Numbered from the stretch's first letter, positions 1-9,329 are shown. The stretch is DNA of 32,000 nt from Ktedonobacterales bacterium (GCA_030167145.1 CP126532.1:930001-962000), one strand, 5' to 3'. The notes: a model not told the origin generated them from the sequence alone. Numbers and translations: made by a program.

Positions 1-1
1 T

Positions 2-1072
2 GATACCGAGGTGGTCTGCGAGGTGGCGCATGGTGGGAGACTGGCCGAGCACCAGGGCATCAACCTGCCAGGGGTGGCGGTGAGTGCGCCCGCGCTCACC
101 GAGAAGGACCGCGCGGACCTGGCATTCGGCGTGGCTCAGCGGGTAGACTATATCGCACTGAGCTTTGTGCGCCATCCCGACGACCTGCGCGAGGCGAAAC
201 GCCTGATCGCCGGCGCGCTGGCGTCCGCGCCGGAGCCACCAGAGCCGCGACCAGAGGGACTGCATCCATCCGCGTATGCCGCCGAGAACACGATTCCGGT
301 GATCGCCAAGCTGGAAAAGCCGGAGGCTATCGCGCACCTGGAAGAGATCCTGGACATAGCGGATGGGGTGATGGTGGCGCGCGGCGATCTGGGCGTGGAG
401 ATGCCGCTGGAACAGGTGCCGCTGGTGCAGAAGCGGGTGATTGCGCGGGCCAACGCGCATGGGTTGCCAGTGATTACGGCGACACAGATGCTCGAATCTA
501 TGATTTCGCACCCCCGTCCGACCCGCGCAGAGGCCAGTGATGTTGCCAACGCGATTCTCGATGGCACCGATGCGGTGATGCTGAGCGGCGAAACGGCGGT
601 GGGTGACTATCCCGTGGAGGCGGTGAAGGTCATGGCGCGCATCGCCCTGGAAACCGAGCGCGAGTGTGCGCCGCTGCATCCCGCTGAAAATCAGCATTAT
701 GATAGCCTTTCGCAGGCAGTGAGCGCCGCCGCTGCCACACTGGCGGACCGCGCGCACGCGAGATGGATCACCGTCTTCACACGCACCGGCGCTTCCGCGC
801 GGCTGATCTCCAAGGAGCGCCCACGCGCGCCAATCCTCGCCTATACGCCATTCGAGACGGTCTACCGGCGGCTGACACTGTGGTGGGGTGTCATGCCACG
901 CCGCAGCGCGCTCGCGGGGAGCACTGAAGAACTGATCGCCTGGGTAGATGGGCAACTTCAGCGTGACGGTCTGGCGCGGAGCGGCGAGCATATTGTGGTG
1001 ATGGGCGGCATGCCCATTGCTGGCCAGGCCCGCACCAACTACCTGAAACTCCACACCATCGGCGAGCAGTAG
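2..1072 (+). CDS. pyk: pyruvate kinase, C-terminal ~355 aa (5' end lies outside the window)
   Basis: The reading frame is open to the window edge (DTEVVCEV precedes the listed start). Motifs GINLPG, LTEKD, AKLEKPEAI, MVARGDLGVE, TATQMLESM and MLSGETA are typical of pyruvate kinase, followed by a C-terminal regulatory domain. Confidence 0.93.
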   Translation, partial: DTEVVCEVAHGGRLAEHQGINLPGVAVSAPALTEKDRADLAFGVAQRVDYIALSFVRHPDDLREAKRLIAGALASAPEPPEPRPEGLHPSAYAAENTIPVIAKLEKPEAIAHLEEILDIADGVMVARGDLGVEMPLEQVPLVQKRVIARANAHGLPVITATQMLESMISHPRPTRAEASDVANAILDGTDAVMLSGETAVGDYPVEAVKVMARIALETERECAPLHPAENQHYDSLSQAVSAAAATLADRAHARWITVFTRTGASARLISKERPRAPILAYTPFETVYRRLTLWWGVMPRRSALAGSTEELIAWVDGQLQRDGLARSGEHIVVMGGMPIAGQARTNYLKLHTIGEQ

Positions 1073-1241
1073 CGCACGCGGGGATGGGATCGGACATCAC
1101 ACCTGCGAGATGGACGCCTGAGCAGAGTTGCCCACGATACCCGCCCTGCTCAGCACACGGCGAGCACACAGCAGTCCCGCCATCTAGCCGCGCCGCGTGG
1201 CGTCGCGTATAATACCCCAAATACTGTAAGCGGTCCGGCCA

Positions 1242-3131
1242 ATGGGAGGTAGGGCAAACGTGGTAGCAAGTAGTAGTGCGGGACGTACACCTGAGCGGAT
1301 GAATGGCGCCCAGCCGGCTGGCGATGAGATGGCCGAGAGCATGGAGGGCCGCCACGAGGCTGGCAAGCGCGAAGTTGATATGTATATCCGCACCTACCAG
1401 ACGCTGCTGCGCAGTTCTGGTGAGGTGGGCCTCAAAGCGCTGGTCCAGGCGCACTACAATATTGATTCTGTGCTCCATCCCGAAGCGCGCTCCAGCGAGC
1501 CGGATATGTCCGCGTTTATCTATACCGTCCTGCGCCTCCCCACCGCGATTCTCAACTGCTCGCGTGTCCTGCTCGGTCAATCCGAAGACGTGTTTGCCCA
1601 GCACGGCTTCCAGGTCGAACAGTGGCAAGCCGTCACCGCCTCCGCCCGCAGGCGCAAATGGTTCTATGATGGCAAGAGCACCCTGGCCGCATTCATCGCC
1701 AGCGTCAGCGACACCGACGACATCGTGCCCACCCTCGTCGCCCTCCAAATCGAATGGAACAAGTTCCACTGGCTGCTCAACGCCGACGCTACGACGATGC
1801 AGTTGCTTGAGAGCCGCGTAGACCGTTCCTCTCCCGTGTACGCTGAAATTACCAAGGTCGTTCGCGAACGCCTGCACATCACCGCTGAAGACTGGCGCCG
1901 CCTCGAAGTCATCTGGGGCGATCACGTCTGGACGAATCTGCTGGCCATTGGTCGCGAGCGCAAAAACTTCGCTCTGCGGATGCTGGGTGGCTCACATGTA
2001 GGTTTCGTGCGCGCCACGCGCAAATGGTGGTCGCCGGTTAGCAAGTTGATCGAAGACCTGCGCCTCAGCCGCCGCCCCGTCTACTTCGTCTCTAGCAACA
2101 CCCATAGCCTCGCCAATCTCTTCTCTGGCACGGCGCTGCGGCGCGAAGACGAACTGGTGCGCTTCGCCACCACTGGCGCTGATGCGCTGCTCGCCGAGGA
2201 GTATCGCAAGCTGAAAGAGGGCAAAGCGCCGGGCAACTGGCAAAACTTCCTCTATTACGCCGCCCGCGAATACCAGCGTACCGCCGCTGGTCAGGGATTC
2301 TCGCGCAGCCGCCCCGTCGAAGAGCAGGAGCGCGGCATCTGGTACATTGGCTCGCGCTTTGGCCTGGAACTTGATGTGCAGGTGATTGACCTCGCCAAGC
2401 TCCACGCGCAGGATCTCGATCCGCGCATCCGTGTTCCCGGCATCGAACGCATCGCCGAGAGCCGTGGCGTCATCGTCAACATAGATTACCCGCTCGGCAT
2501 GGCGGCGTACCGGATTCTGCGCGAAGTGCTGGAAAACAACGTGCAGGTCAAGGGCATCTACATCCTTGGCAAAGCCGCCACACTCAACGGCAGCATCGGC
2601 GATGTAATGATCGCCAACGTCGTGCTCGACGAGCATAGCCAGAACACCTACTGGCTAGACAACTGCTTCAGCGCTGCGGATATCAGCAAGAATCTGGTCT
2701 TCGGCGCGGTGCTCGATAACCAGAAGGCCGTCTCCACCAAGGGCACATTCCTGCAGAATCGCGCCTATCTCGACTTCTACTACCGCGCCAACTACAGCGT
2801 CGTCGAGATGGAAGCCGGTCCGTATCTGGATGCTGTCTACGAGAGCCTGTACATGACACGCTACCCGACCAGCGAGAACATCAACTTCGCCAAGCTGCCG
2901 TTCGACCTGGGCGTCATCCATTACGCCTCCGACACACCCTATACGCGCGGCAAGAACCTTGGCGCGGGCAGCCTCTCGTACTATGGGATGGACGCGACCT
3001 ACGCCACCACCATCGCCATCGCGCGGCGCATCCTCGACTACGAAGTCGGCGGGGCGCGCAGCGACGCCGTGGCACGCGCCGAGGCTCTGAAAGTGCGGCG
3101 CGGCGGGCAGACCGCCACCGCCCGCTCCTAG
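1242..3131 (+). CDS. hypothetical protein with C-terminal nucleoside phosphorylase / AMP-nucleosidase-like (PNP_UDP_1 fold) domain
   Basis: 629-aa ORF. The C-terminal ~230 aa (VIVNIDYPLGMAAY...IYILGKAATLNGSIGDVMI...VVEMEAGPY) resembles the phosphorylase superfamily. I do not recognise the N-terminal ~400 aa. The start is uncertain: in-frame ATGs at 1242, 1299, 1329, 1341 and 1380, none with a clear SD. Confidence 0.6.
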   Translation: MGGRANVVASSSAGRTPERMNGAQPAGDEMAESMEGRHEAGKREVDMYIRTYQTLLRSSGEVGLKALVQAHYNIDSVLHPEARSSEPDMSAFIYTVLRLPTAILNCSRVLLGQSEDVFAQHGFQVEQWQAVTASARRRKWFYDGKSTLAAFIASVSDTDDIVPTLVALQIEWNKFHWLLNADATTMQLLESRVDRSSPVYAEITKVVRERLHITAEDWRRLEVIWGDHVWTNLLAIGRERKNFALRMLGGSHVGFVRATRKWWSPVSKLIEDLRLSRRPVYFVSSNTHSLANLFSGTALRREDELVRFATTGADALLAEEYRKLKEGKAPGNWQNFLYYAAREYQRTAAGQGFSRSRPVEEQERGIWYIGSRFGLELDVQVIDLAKLHAQDLDPRIRVPGIERIAESRGVIVNIDYPLGMAAYRILREVLENNVQVKGIYILGKAATLNGSIGDVMIANVVLDEHSQNTYWLDNCFSAADISKNLVFGAVLDNQKAVSTKGTFLQNRAYLDFYYRANYSVVEMEAGPYLDAVYESLYMTRYPTSENINFAKLPFDLGVIHYASDTPYTRGKNLGAGSLSYYGMDATYATTIAIARRILDYEVGGARSDAVARAEALKVRRGGQTATARS

Positions 3132-3142
3132 CGCAGCAGGCG

Positions 3143-3475
3143 TCAGACTGGCTCAATGGTGCTGGTCAGGCCGTAGCGTTCCAGGCCTTCGCGATAATAT
3201 TCGGCTTGCTCCTTCAAGCAGATCAGCACCTCAGCCACACCGTGGGTATGCGCTTCCAGCATCACCCGCATCGCTCCATCCATGCCCAGCGCTGGCACGG
3301 TGCGCAGCAGCGCCAGCACCACGTGATCCATCGAATTCACATCGTCATTGTGCAGCAAGACACGGTAGCGCGGCAGCAGGCGTAGTATCTGGCGCACCTG
3401 CTCATCGGTGCGCGGAGTAGTGGTTTGTGAGCGTGGGCTGTGTTTCTCGGCCCGGCCACGAAAGAATGCCGCCAT
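3143..3475 (-). CDS. clpS: ATP-dependent Clp protease adaptor ClpS
   Basis: 110 aa. The core YRVLLHNDDVNSMDHVV...MLEAHTHGVAEV...EQAEYY is the classic ClpS signature. Confidence 0.9.
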   Translation of the reverse strand: MAAFFRGRAEKHSPRSQTTTPRTDEQVRQILRLLPRYRVLLHNDDVNSMDHVVLALLRTVPALGMDGAMRVMLEAHTHGVAEVLICLKEQAEYYREGLERYGLTSTIEPV

Positions 3476-3773
3476 ATACGCCTGCCGTCCCCTGACGCCG
3501 CCCCATGAGCGCCCGTCATCGCCGTAACATCTCGCTACTGCATAGACGAAACGGCGTCACGTCACGCCACACCTACCCCGCACACCCTATGCCGCCGGAT
3601 GCGCCGCTCTCCGCCCGTGCGCCTGCGAATCCTACCCAAAGGACTAGGAATCGAGCCATCCGAACGAGGGATGAGGTTGCGCCGCCAGCGACGTATCATC
3701 ACCGCAGTGGCGCGATGATCGCATGTACCGGCATCGCGAATGAACGGTAGTGAAGGGCTAAGGAGCACTCCCA

Positions 3774-4724
3774 ATGGCAGAGACGAACGACCAGCAACAG
3801 ATACCGACCACCTCCACGCTCGCCGCGTGGTCAGACCAGCTCGCGGACGCCGTGCAGAAGGCAGCGCGCTCCATCGTGACGGTGGCGGCGCGTCCCCGGC
3901 AGTCGGCCAGCGGCATACTATGGAATACAGGGCAGGAGACCATCGTCCTGACCGCCGACCATGTGGTCGAGCGCGAGGATGACATCACCGTCATACTCCC
4001 CGATGGCAAGCAGATCAAAGCGCAACTCATCGGGCGTGACCCCGGCACCGACATCGCGGCGCTGCGCGTCCCTGGTATCGAGATCAACGACAAGAACGCG
4101 CCCGCCGAAGTCAGCGATAATCTGCGCGTAGGCCATCTGGTGCTGGCGATTGGCCGCCCCGGCGCCGACGGCCCGCGTGTCTCGTTCGGCGCGGTCAGCG
4201 CGATTGATGGCCCCCGGCGCTCGTGGCATGGCAGCGAAATTGATGGCATCATTTATCCTGATGTCACCCTTTACCCTGGCTTCTCCGGTGGGCCGCTGGT
4301 GGATCTGGCGGGGCACGTGGTCGGCATGAATAGCTCGCATCTGACCCGCCAGAACAGCAGCGCACTCTCGGTGGCCACGCTCCGTCGAGTCGCCACGACG
4401 CTACACACGCATGGACATATTCGGCGCGCCTACCTTGGCATCGGCACGCAGCAGGTGGCCTTGCCCGCCGCGATGGCTCAGAAAGTGGGCGTCACGCAAG
4501 AGACGGCGCTCTTGATCGTCACCGTCGAACCCGGCAGCCCGGCGGAACAGGGTGGCCTGCTGCTCGGCGACCTGCTCGTCTCGGTCGCTGGACAACCGAC
4601 GCCTGATGTGGAGGCATTGCGCGCGCAGCTTGGCAGCGACAAGCTCGGTCAGCCGCTCGCGTTGAAGCTGCTGCGTGGTGGCGAGCCGCGTGATGTTGCC
4701 ATTACGCTTGGCGAGCGGGCGTAA
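3774..4724 (+). CDS. trypsin-like serine protease with C-terminal PDZ domain (HtrA/DegP-like, S1C)
   Basis: AAGGAG SD lies upstream of the ATG. Catalytic triad contexts are LTADHVV (His), GTDIAALRV (Asp) and GFSGGPLV (Ser). A PDZ-like C-terminus is present (LIVTVEPGSPAEQGGLLLGDLLVSVAG). Confidence 0.85.
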   Translation: MAETNDQQQIPTTSTLAAWSDQLADAVQKAARSIVTVAARPRQSASGILWNTGQETIVLTADHVVEREDDITVILPDGKQIKAQLIGRDPGTDIAALRVPGIEINDKNAPAEVSDNLRVGHLVLAIGRPGADGPRVSFGAVSAIDGPRRSWHGSEIDGIIYPDVTLYPGFSGGPLVDLAGHVVGMNSSHLTRQNSSALSVATLRRVATTLHTHGHIRRAYLGIGTQQVALPAAMAQKVGVTQETALLIVTVEPGSPAEQGGLLLGDLLVSVAGQPTPDVEALRAQLGSDKLGQPLALKLLRGGEPRDVAITLGERA

Positions 4725-4771
4725 CACCTACCATAACGCATCCATAGTGCGTCGCATAGTTCTGGAGACAC

Positions 4772-5809
4772 TTGATGACTACGACTTCTCCGATACAGCT
4801 CTCGGACGGCCTGGCCGCGCTGGCCGAGCGTGTCCGTCCCTCGGTGGTGCAGGTGCGCGCTGGCTCGCGCGGCATCGGCTCCGGCATCGTCTGGCAGGCG
4901 TCCGCGTCGAACGACGGCGCGCCGGAAGCGACGATTCTCACCAACGCGCATGTCGTCCGCGCGACAGGGAACGAGCCATTGACGATCCGCTTCGCCGACA
5001 AGCGCGAGCTGAATGCAACGATCCTGGGCATAGATATGGAGCATGACCTGGCGGCGCTGCGTATCCAGGGCGACGGGTTTGCTCCCGCTGAAATACGCGA
5101 CTCCAGCACGCTGCGTGTCGGCGAACTGGTGCTGGCGGTTGGCAATCCGTTCGGACGCGAGGGCGCGGTGACGGTTGGCGTTGTCGCGGCGCGCGCCCCG
5201 GCTGATCCCGATGCCGAACTGGAACCAGCAGAGCCAGGCAACGGCGAACCAGCGCCCTCACAAGGCACTGAAGCCGAGAACGGACGGCGCAATGCGCACA
5301 TCGAGCGCCGCCGCTGGTCGCCGCAATCGTTTGAACTGATACAGGCGGACATCCGGCTCTACCCTGGCAACTCTGGTGGACCGCTGCTGGACGCCAGCGG
5401 GCGTGTCGTCGGCGTGAACGCGATGATCTCCGGCGGTCTCGCGTTTGCCATTCCCAGCCGCATCGCGCAAGATTTCCTTGGGCAACTCGATAGCGCCACG
5501 CAGCGTCCACGTTTGGGTGTGGAGGTGCTGACGGTGCCGGTTCCAACGTCGCAACGCCAGGACGCCAACCAGGAATCCGCTGTGGTGGTGACGGGCGTCG
5601 CTCCAGATAGCGCCGCCGAGCGTTCCGGCGTGCTGGTGGGCGATGTGATTCTGGCGGTGAACGGTCACGGCGTCGCCACCGCCGAGGGCCTGGTGCGCGC
5701 ACTGCGCTCCACAGCAGGCAGCGCACAGGGCGCTATCACGCTGACGCTGCTGCGGGGTGGCGTCCGCACTGAGCTGGCCCTCGTGCCCGAATTGCGGGCA
5801 GTCGCGTAG
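4772..5809 (+). CDS. trypsin-like serine protease with PDZ domain (HtrA-like), with an acidic Pro/Glu-rich insertion
   Basis: Triad contexts are LTNAHVV, EHDLAALRI and GNSGGPLL. PDZ-like region: VVVTGVAPDSAAERSGVLVGDVILAVNG. A ~45-aa insert (ADPDAELEPAEPGNGEPAPSQG...) lies between the Asp and Ser regions. Confidence 0.85.
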   Translation: MMTTTSPIQLSDGLAALAERVRPSVVQVRAGSRGIGSGIVWQASASNDGAPEATILTNAHVVRATGNEPLTIRFADKRELNATILGIDMEHDLAALRIQGDGFAPAEIRDSSTLRVGELVLAVGNPFGREGAVTVGVVAARAPADPDAELEPAEPGNGEPAPSQGTEAENGRRNAHIERRRWSPQSFELIQADIRLYPGNSGGPLLDASGRVVGVNAMISGGLAFAIPSRIAQDFLGQLDSATQRPRLGVEVLTVPVPTSQRQDANQESAVVVTGVAPDSAAERSGVLVGDVILAVNGHGVATAEGLVRALRSTAGSAQGAITLTLLRGGVRTELALVPELRAVA

Positions 5810-5893
5810 TGTGAGCCTGAAGCGGTTGGTGGTGATGTGACACCAGCCGCTTCGCGCATTGTTCCTTTTCGTCATGAGAGGTGGAATCTACCC

Positions 5894-6604
5894 ATGCGGG
5901 TCTCTGTCGTCTCCGCATATCCGGCGATTCGTTCTGGTTTGGCGGCGCTGCTCGATGCCCAACCTGGCTGGGTCGTGGCGGGCGAGGCGTCGCCGGAGAG
6001 CCTGCGCGACCGCCCGCAGGCGAACGTCGCCGAGGTGGCTGGCGAGCGTCCCGATGTGGCGCTGCTGGATGTAGACCCGACGCACACGGTGGATGACATT
6101 CTCGACTGGTTGGGCGCGCTTCAGCCGGATCGCGGGGTGGTGCTGCTCGGCGCGCCTGAGGCGAGTGGGCGGCGCGATGCGTGGCAGGGCGCTGCCCAGA
6201 TCGTGCGGCAGGTCGCGCGCACGCTGGATGAGCAGGGACTTGCGCTGGGCATCGTCGGACGCGATGCGGCCGTTGAGGAAATCGTCACGGCGATTACCAC
6301 AGTTGCCGGTGGGCTGGTCGCGGTGGACCGGCGACTCGCTACCCAGTTGTTCGCCGCGCCCGAACCGGCCGTCACAGCCGCAACGGAGCGATTGACTGCC
6401 GGGCAGGATACGCTTACCGCGCGTGAACTGGAAGTGCTGCAATTGCTGGCGCAAGGATTGCCCAATAAGATCATCGCGCAACGCCTGCATGTGAGCGAGC
6501 ACACCGTCAAGTTTCACGTCTCTTCGATCATGCTCAAGCTGGCCGCGGCCAGCCGCACAGAGGCCGTCACCCTCGCCGCGCGCAAGGGGCTGTTGATTCT
6601 CTGA
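5894..6604 (+). CDS. LuxR/FixJ-type transcription regulator with a degenerate receiver-like N-terminal domain
   Basis: C-terminal HTH: LTARELEVLQLLAQGLPNKIIAQRLHVSEHTVKFHVSSIMLKL. ATG 5894 is preferred over the ORF-track start 5837 because the receiver-like beta1 (MRVSVVS) begins there. The acidic DD pair of canonical receivers is replaced by SA. Confidence 0.8.
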   Translation: MRVSVVSAYPAIRSGLAALLDAQPGWVVAGEASPESLRDRPQANVAEVAGERPDVALLDVDPTHTVDDILDWLGALQPDRGVVLLGAPEASGRRDAWQGAAQIVRQVARTLDEQGLALGIVGRDAAVEEIVTAITTVAGGLVAVDRRLATQLFAAPEPAVTAATERLTAGQDTLTARELEVLQLLAQGLPNKIIAQRLHVSEHTVKFHVSSIMLKLAAASRTEAVTLAARKGLLIL

Positions 6605-6619
6605 GCGATAGACTATACT

Positions 6620-6649
6620 ACAAGCCAAAGCGGTCAATCGCTGGCTTGT
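6620..6649 (+). terminator. stem-loop just downstream of the LuxR-type gene (possible terminator)
   Basis: ACAAGCCA...TGGCTTGT forms an 8-bp stem with an inner GCG/CGC pairing, 16 nt after the stop. There is no clear U-tract. Confidence 0.35.
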
Positions 6650-6682
6650 GGCGTCTACGGTTCTGAGAACAGGTGGCCCTGA

Positions 6683-7882
6683 GTGGACGAGTCGCGCATC
6701 TACCTCACGCATCTTGAGTGTTCGGTTTGTGGCAAGCAGCACGCGGCGAACGTCGAGCAGCATCTCTGCTCCTGTGGCGGCATCCTGCTGGCACGCTACG
6801 ATCTCGCCGCGGTCGCCAGCGATGTGCCACGCGACCGCATCGCCGCGCGTCCATGGTATGCGGGCCTCTGGCGCTACAGCGAACTCCTTCCGGTCGCCCC
6901 GGCCGACCGTGTGACGCTGGGCGAGGGCGCGACGCCGCTGCTTCCTCTCGATTGGCTCGGCCAGGAATTGGGGATGGATGCATGGCTCAAAGACGAGGGG
7001 CTGAATCCAACCGGCGCGTTCAAGGCGCGGGGCGCGGCGGTGGGCGTGTCGCGGGCGAAAGCGCTTGGCGCGCGAACCATCGCCCTGCCGACGGCAGGCA
7101 ACGCGGGCGCGGCCTGGGCGGCATACGGCGCGCGAGCAGGTGTGCCCGTCATCGTGGCGATGCCCAAGGATGCGCCGCCGTTGACCCAGCAGGAGGTCGC
7201 GCTCTACGGTGCGCGGCTGCATCTGGTGGACGGGCTGATAAGCGACGCGGGCAGGTGGGTGGCGGAAGGGGTGGCGCGCGAGGGCTGGTACGACGCCAGC
7301 ACGTTCAAGGAGCCGTATCGCCTGGAAGGCAAGAAGACCCTGGGCCTGGAAATCGCTGAGCAACTTGGCTGGCAAACACCTGATGTCATCCTCTATCCCA
7401 CCGGCGGCGGTGTCGGCCTGCTCGGCCTCTGGAAAGCCTTCGCGGAGTTGCGCGAACTTGGATGGATTGCGAGCGATAGACCCGCGCCGCGTCTGGTCGC
7501 GGTGCAGGCGGCGGGCTGCGCTCCGGTGGTGCGCGCGTGGGAATCTGGCGCGGATACGACGGCCTTTTGGGAGGGCGCGCAAACCATCGCGGCGGGCCTG
7601 CGCGTGCCTGGCCCGCTGGCGGGCGCGCTGATGCTGCGCGTGCTCCGCGAGACGCGGGGAACGGCCATCGCCATCGAAGATGAGGCTATCGCGCAGGCAA
7701 TGAGCGAACTGGCTGGGCACGGCTTCTGGGTCTGCCCCGAAGGCGCGGCGCTGCTGCCTGCGGTGCGCCGTCTGCGCGCGAGCAACTGGATTCGCGCTGG
7801 CGAGTCGGTCGTGTTGCTAAATACCGGCTCTGGGCTGGTCTACCCTGATGTGACGCCGCCGAACGGTGCAGTGGTGATATAG
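6683..7882 (+). CDS. thrC: threonine synthase (PLP-dependent)
   Basis: GTG start with an AGGTGG SD. N-terminal zinc-ribbon-like CSVCG...CSCGG is followed by the PLP-lysine context NPTGAFKARGA and a GNAG loop, typical of short-form threonine synthase. Confidence 0.88.
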   Translation: MDESRIYLTHLECSVCGKQHAANVEQHLCSCGGILLARYDLAAVASDVPRDRIAARPWYAGLWRYSELLPVAPADRVTLGEGATPLLPLDWLGQELGMDAWLKDEGLNPTGAFKARGAAVGVSRAKALGARTIALPTAGNAGAAWAAYGARAGVPVIVAMPKDAPPLTQQEVALYGARLHLVDGLISDAGRWVAEGVAREGWYDASTFKEPYRLEGKKTLGLEIAEQLGWQTPDVILYPTGGGVGLLGLWKAFAELRELGWIASDRPAPRLVAVQAAGCAPVVRAWESGADTTAFWEGAQTIAAGLRVPGPLAGALMLRVLRETRGTAIAIEDEAIAQAMSELAGHGFWVCPEGAALLPAVRRLRASNWIRAGESVVLLNTGSGLVYPDVTPPNGAVVI

Positions 7883-7952
7883 GCGAGAAGATAAGCACGA
7901 GAGGAGTGCGTGATGGAAGCTCTCATGCGCAGCGACTATTGCCAACAGCCGA

Positions 7953-8222
7953 TCACAGGCGCCCCACTAGTTTGTCATACGCGTCATGACCGCCAATCCA
8001 AAACCAGACAATTTCATCGCCATCGCGGATTCCTACCGCTCGATAGTCATCATTGACTCGCACCGAATGGATGGGTTTAGAGGGATGAACCTGCTTGAAG
8101 CGCAGACCAGGGTGATAGGGATTCTGCTTGAAACGCTGGTAGGCTTCTCGCGCTTGCTCTTGAATCTGTGGTGGCAGTGAGTCAAAGGCTTTGCGGAAGC
8201 GCGCGGTCCGGGAAGATTTCAC
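7953..8222 (-). CDS. type II toxin, RelE/ParE superfamily
   Basis: 89 aa. The layout F(R)KAFDSLPPQIQEQA...YRAVG...IVWFWIGGHDAYDKL is typical of RelE/ParE-like toxins. Its GTG start overlaps the upstream antitoxin stop (GTGA). Confidence 0.8.
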   Translation of the reverse strand: MKSSRTARFRKAFDSLPPQIQEQAREAYQRFKQNPYHPGLRFKQVHPSKPIHSVRVNDDYRAVGIRDGDEIVWFWIGGHDAYDKLVGRL

Positions 8223-8437
8223 AGGTCTTCTGGCTCAAATGGCTCGGTCAGTCCGGCGCGATGTTCCGCGAGCGCTTCATCGGCGAGTTGGGCTAACGCA
8301 TCAGCCGAATCCGCGAATGCTTCGGCCCACCGGCGCTCTGAGGCCAACTCGTCGAGAATCCATCGTGCCAGCGCTTCTTGTTCAGGCTGGGGGAGCTTGG
8401 CGGCTTCCGCAAAGGCTTGTTCGAGTGTTGGTGTCAT
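8219..8437 (-). CDS. cognate antitoxin (small acidic helical protein)
   Basis: 72 aa from ATG 8437, preceded by GGAGGG. It overlaps the toxin by 4 bp. MTPTLEQAFAEAAKLPQPEQEALARWILDEL is typical of addiction-module antitoxin components. Confidence 0.7.
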   Translation of the reverse strand: MTPTLEQAFAEAAKLPQPEQEALARWILDELASERRWAEAFADSADALAQLADEALAEHRAGLTEPFEPEDL

Positions 8438-8509
8438 GCCATAACCCTCCTGCGCTGCCCGATTTGCTGAACTACATGGTAGCACATGTCTGCGAACATT
8501 GGCTGTCTC

Positions 8510-9070
8510 TCACTCGGCCGCGCTGGCCCACACACCCAGGTAGGTGATAGCCCGGCTGAGGATCACGGGATCTTCGCGGGCGCAGCCGATCAGCGCGTTG
8601 CACAGATGGCAGAGCAGCGCCCGCACCTGCCCCGTGCCGTGGTGATGGTCCACGACGAGCTTCACGCCGTCCGTGCCACAGATAGCGCACGCGCCCCCCT
8701 GCTGCTCGCGCATGGCGTGATACTGCTCGATGGTGATGCCGTAGTGATATTTCAGATCCGCATTTCGGGCACGATCAGGAAATTGCGCGACATACTCGCG
8801 CCGTCGCTTGAGCTTGCACGCCTTACAAGTCGGCTCGACACCATAGGTGCATTGTCGTGCCGTTGGGAATTGCGAGATTGGCTTATACTCCCCACATCGC
8901 TTACAGGTTCTACCTTCGGGTTTCTCATCTGTTGCATGGTTCGGGCGCAAAGCATGATAACAATCATAGCAGATATTGCGCCTATATGCTTTCGCTCTGT
9001 TCCCATACCATTTGAGGAGAAATTCGGTCTCGTCTTTCTCGCCACCACACCTGACACACACCTTCTTCAT
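8510..9070 (-). CDS. recombination endonuclease VII family nuclease with N-terminal CxxC zinc-ribbon repeats
   Basis: The C-terminal motif CAICG...LVVDHHHGTGQVRALLCHLCNALIG matches the Endonuclease_7 (phage T4 endo VII-like) signature. Two upstream CxxC...CxxC modules are present. Start chosen at ATG 9070 (MKKVCVRCGG) rather than the GTG at 9154. This stretch looks lower in GC than its surroundings by eye. Confidence 0.78.
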   Translation of the reverse strand: MKKVCVRCGGEKDETEFLLKWYGNRAKAYRRNICYDCYHALRPNHATDEKPEGRTCKRCGEYKPISQFPTARQCTYGVEPTCKACKLKRRREYVAQFPDRARNADLKYHYGITIEQYHAMREQQGGACAICGTDGVKLVVDHHHGTGQVRALLCHLCNALIGCAREDPVILSRAITYLGVWASAAE

Positions 9071-9182
9071 CCCGAAGCACCCTTTCACGTACCGGCACTT
9101 CGGCAAGAAAAAGACAATGCGACCACGAGCCAAAATGCCCGGTGTCGCATTCACCGTAATGGTATTTACTTGTCCAACTGGG

Positions 9183-9255
9183 TGGAGGTGAGGGGGATCG
9201 AACCCCTGACCTCAGCATTGCGAACGCTGCGCTCTCCCATCTGAGCTACACCCCC
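9183..9255 (-). tRNA. tRNA-Ala (anticodon CGC)
   Basis: The reverse complement folds by hand as GGGGGTG-TA-GCTC-AGATGGGA-GAGC-G-CAGCG-TTCGCAA-TGCTG-AGGTC-AGGGG-TTCGATC-CCCCT-CACCTCC-A. It has the G3:U70 alanine identity pair and anticodon CGC. The 3' CCA is not exactly encoded (genomic ACCCA). Confidence 0.93.
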
Positions 9256-9329
9256 AGGTGCCTCAGTAGTATAGCACGGCGTGCGGTGCGTTGCAAGTGG
9301 GATGTGTGGAGAGTGAGTTGGTAGCGAGC

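Noticed and set aside
891-1925. 344-aa minus-strand ORF spanning the pyk 3' end and the next gene's 5' end
   Set aside because: It overlaps two supported plus-strand genes and crosses their intergenic spacer. It has no motifs.
5888-7720. 610-aa minus-strand ORF
   Set aside because: It is antisense to the well-supported LuxR-type and thrC genes. The product is Arg/Ala/Pro-rich and low-complexity, typical of spurious antisense ORFs in high-GC DNA, and it has no recognisable motifs.
8486-9244. 252-aa plus-strand ORF
   Set aside because: It is antisense to the endonuclease VII gene and runs through the tRNA-Ala gene, so it is not plausible as coding sequence.
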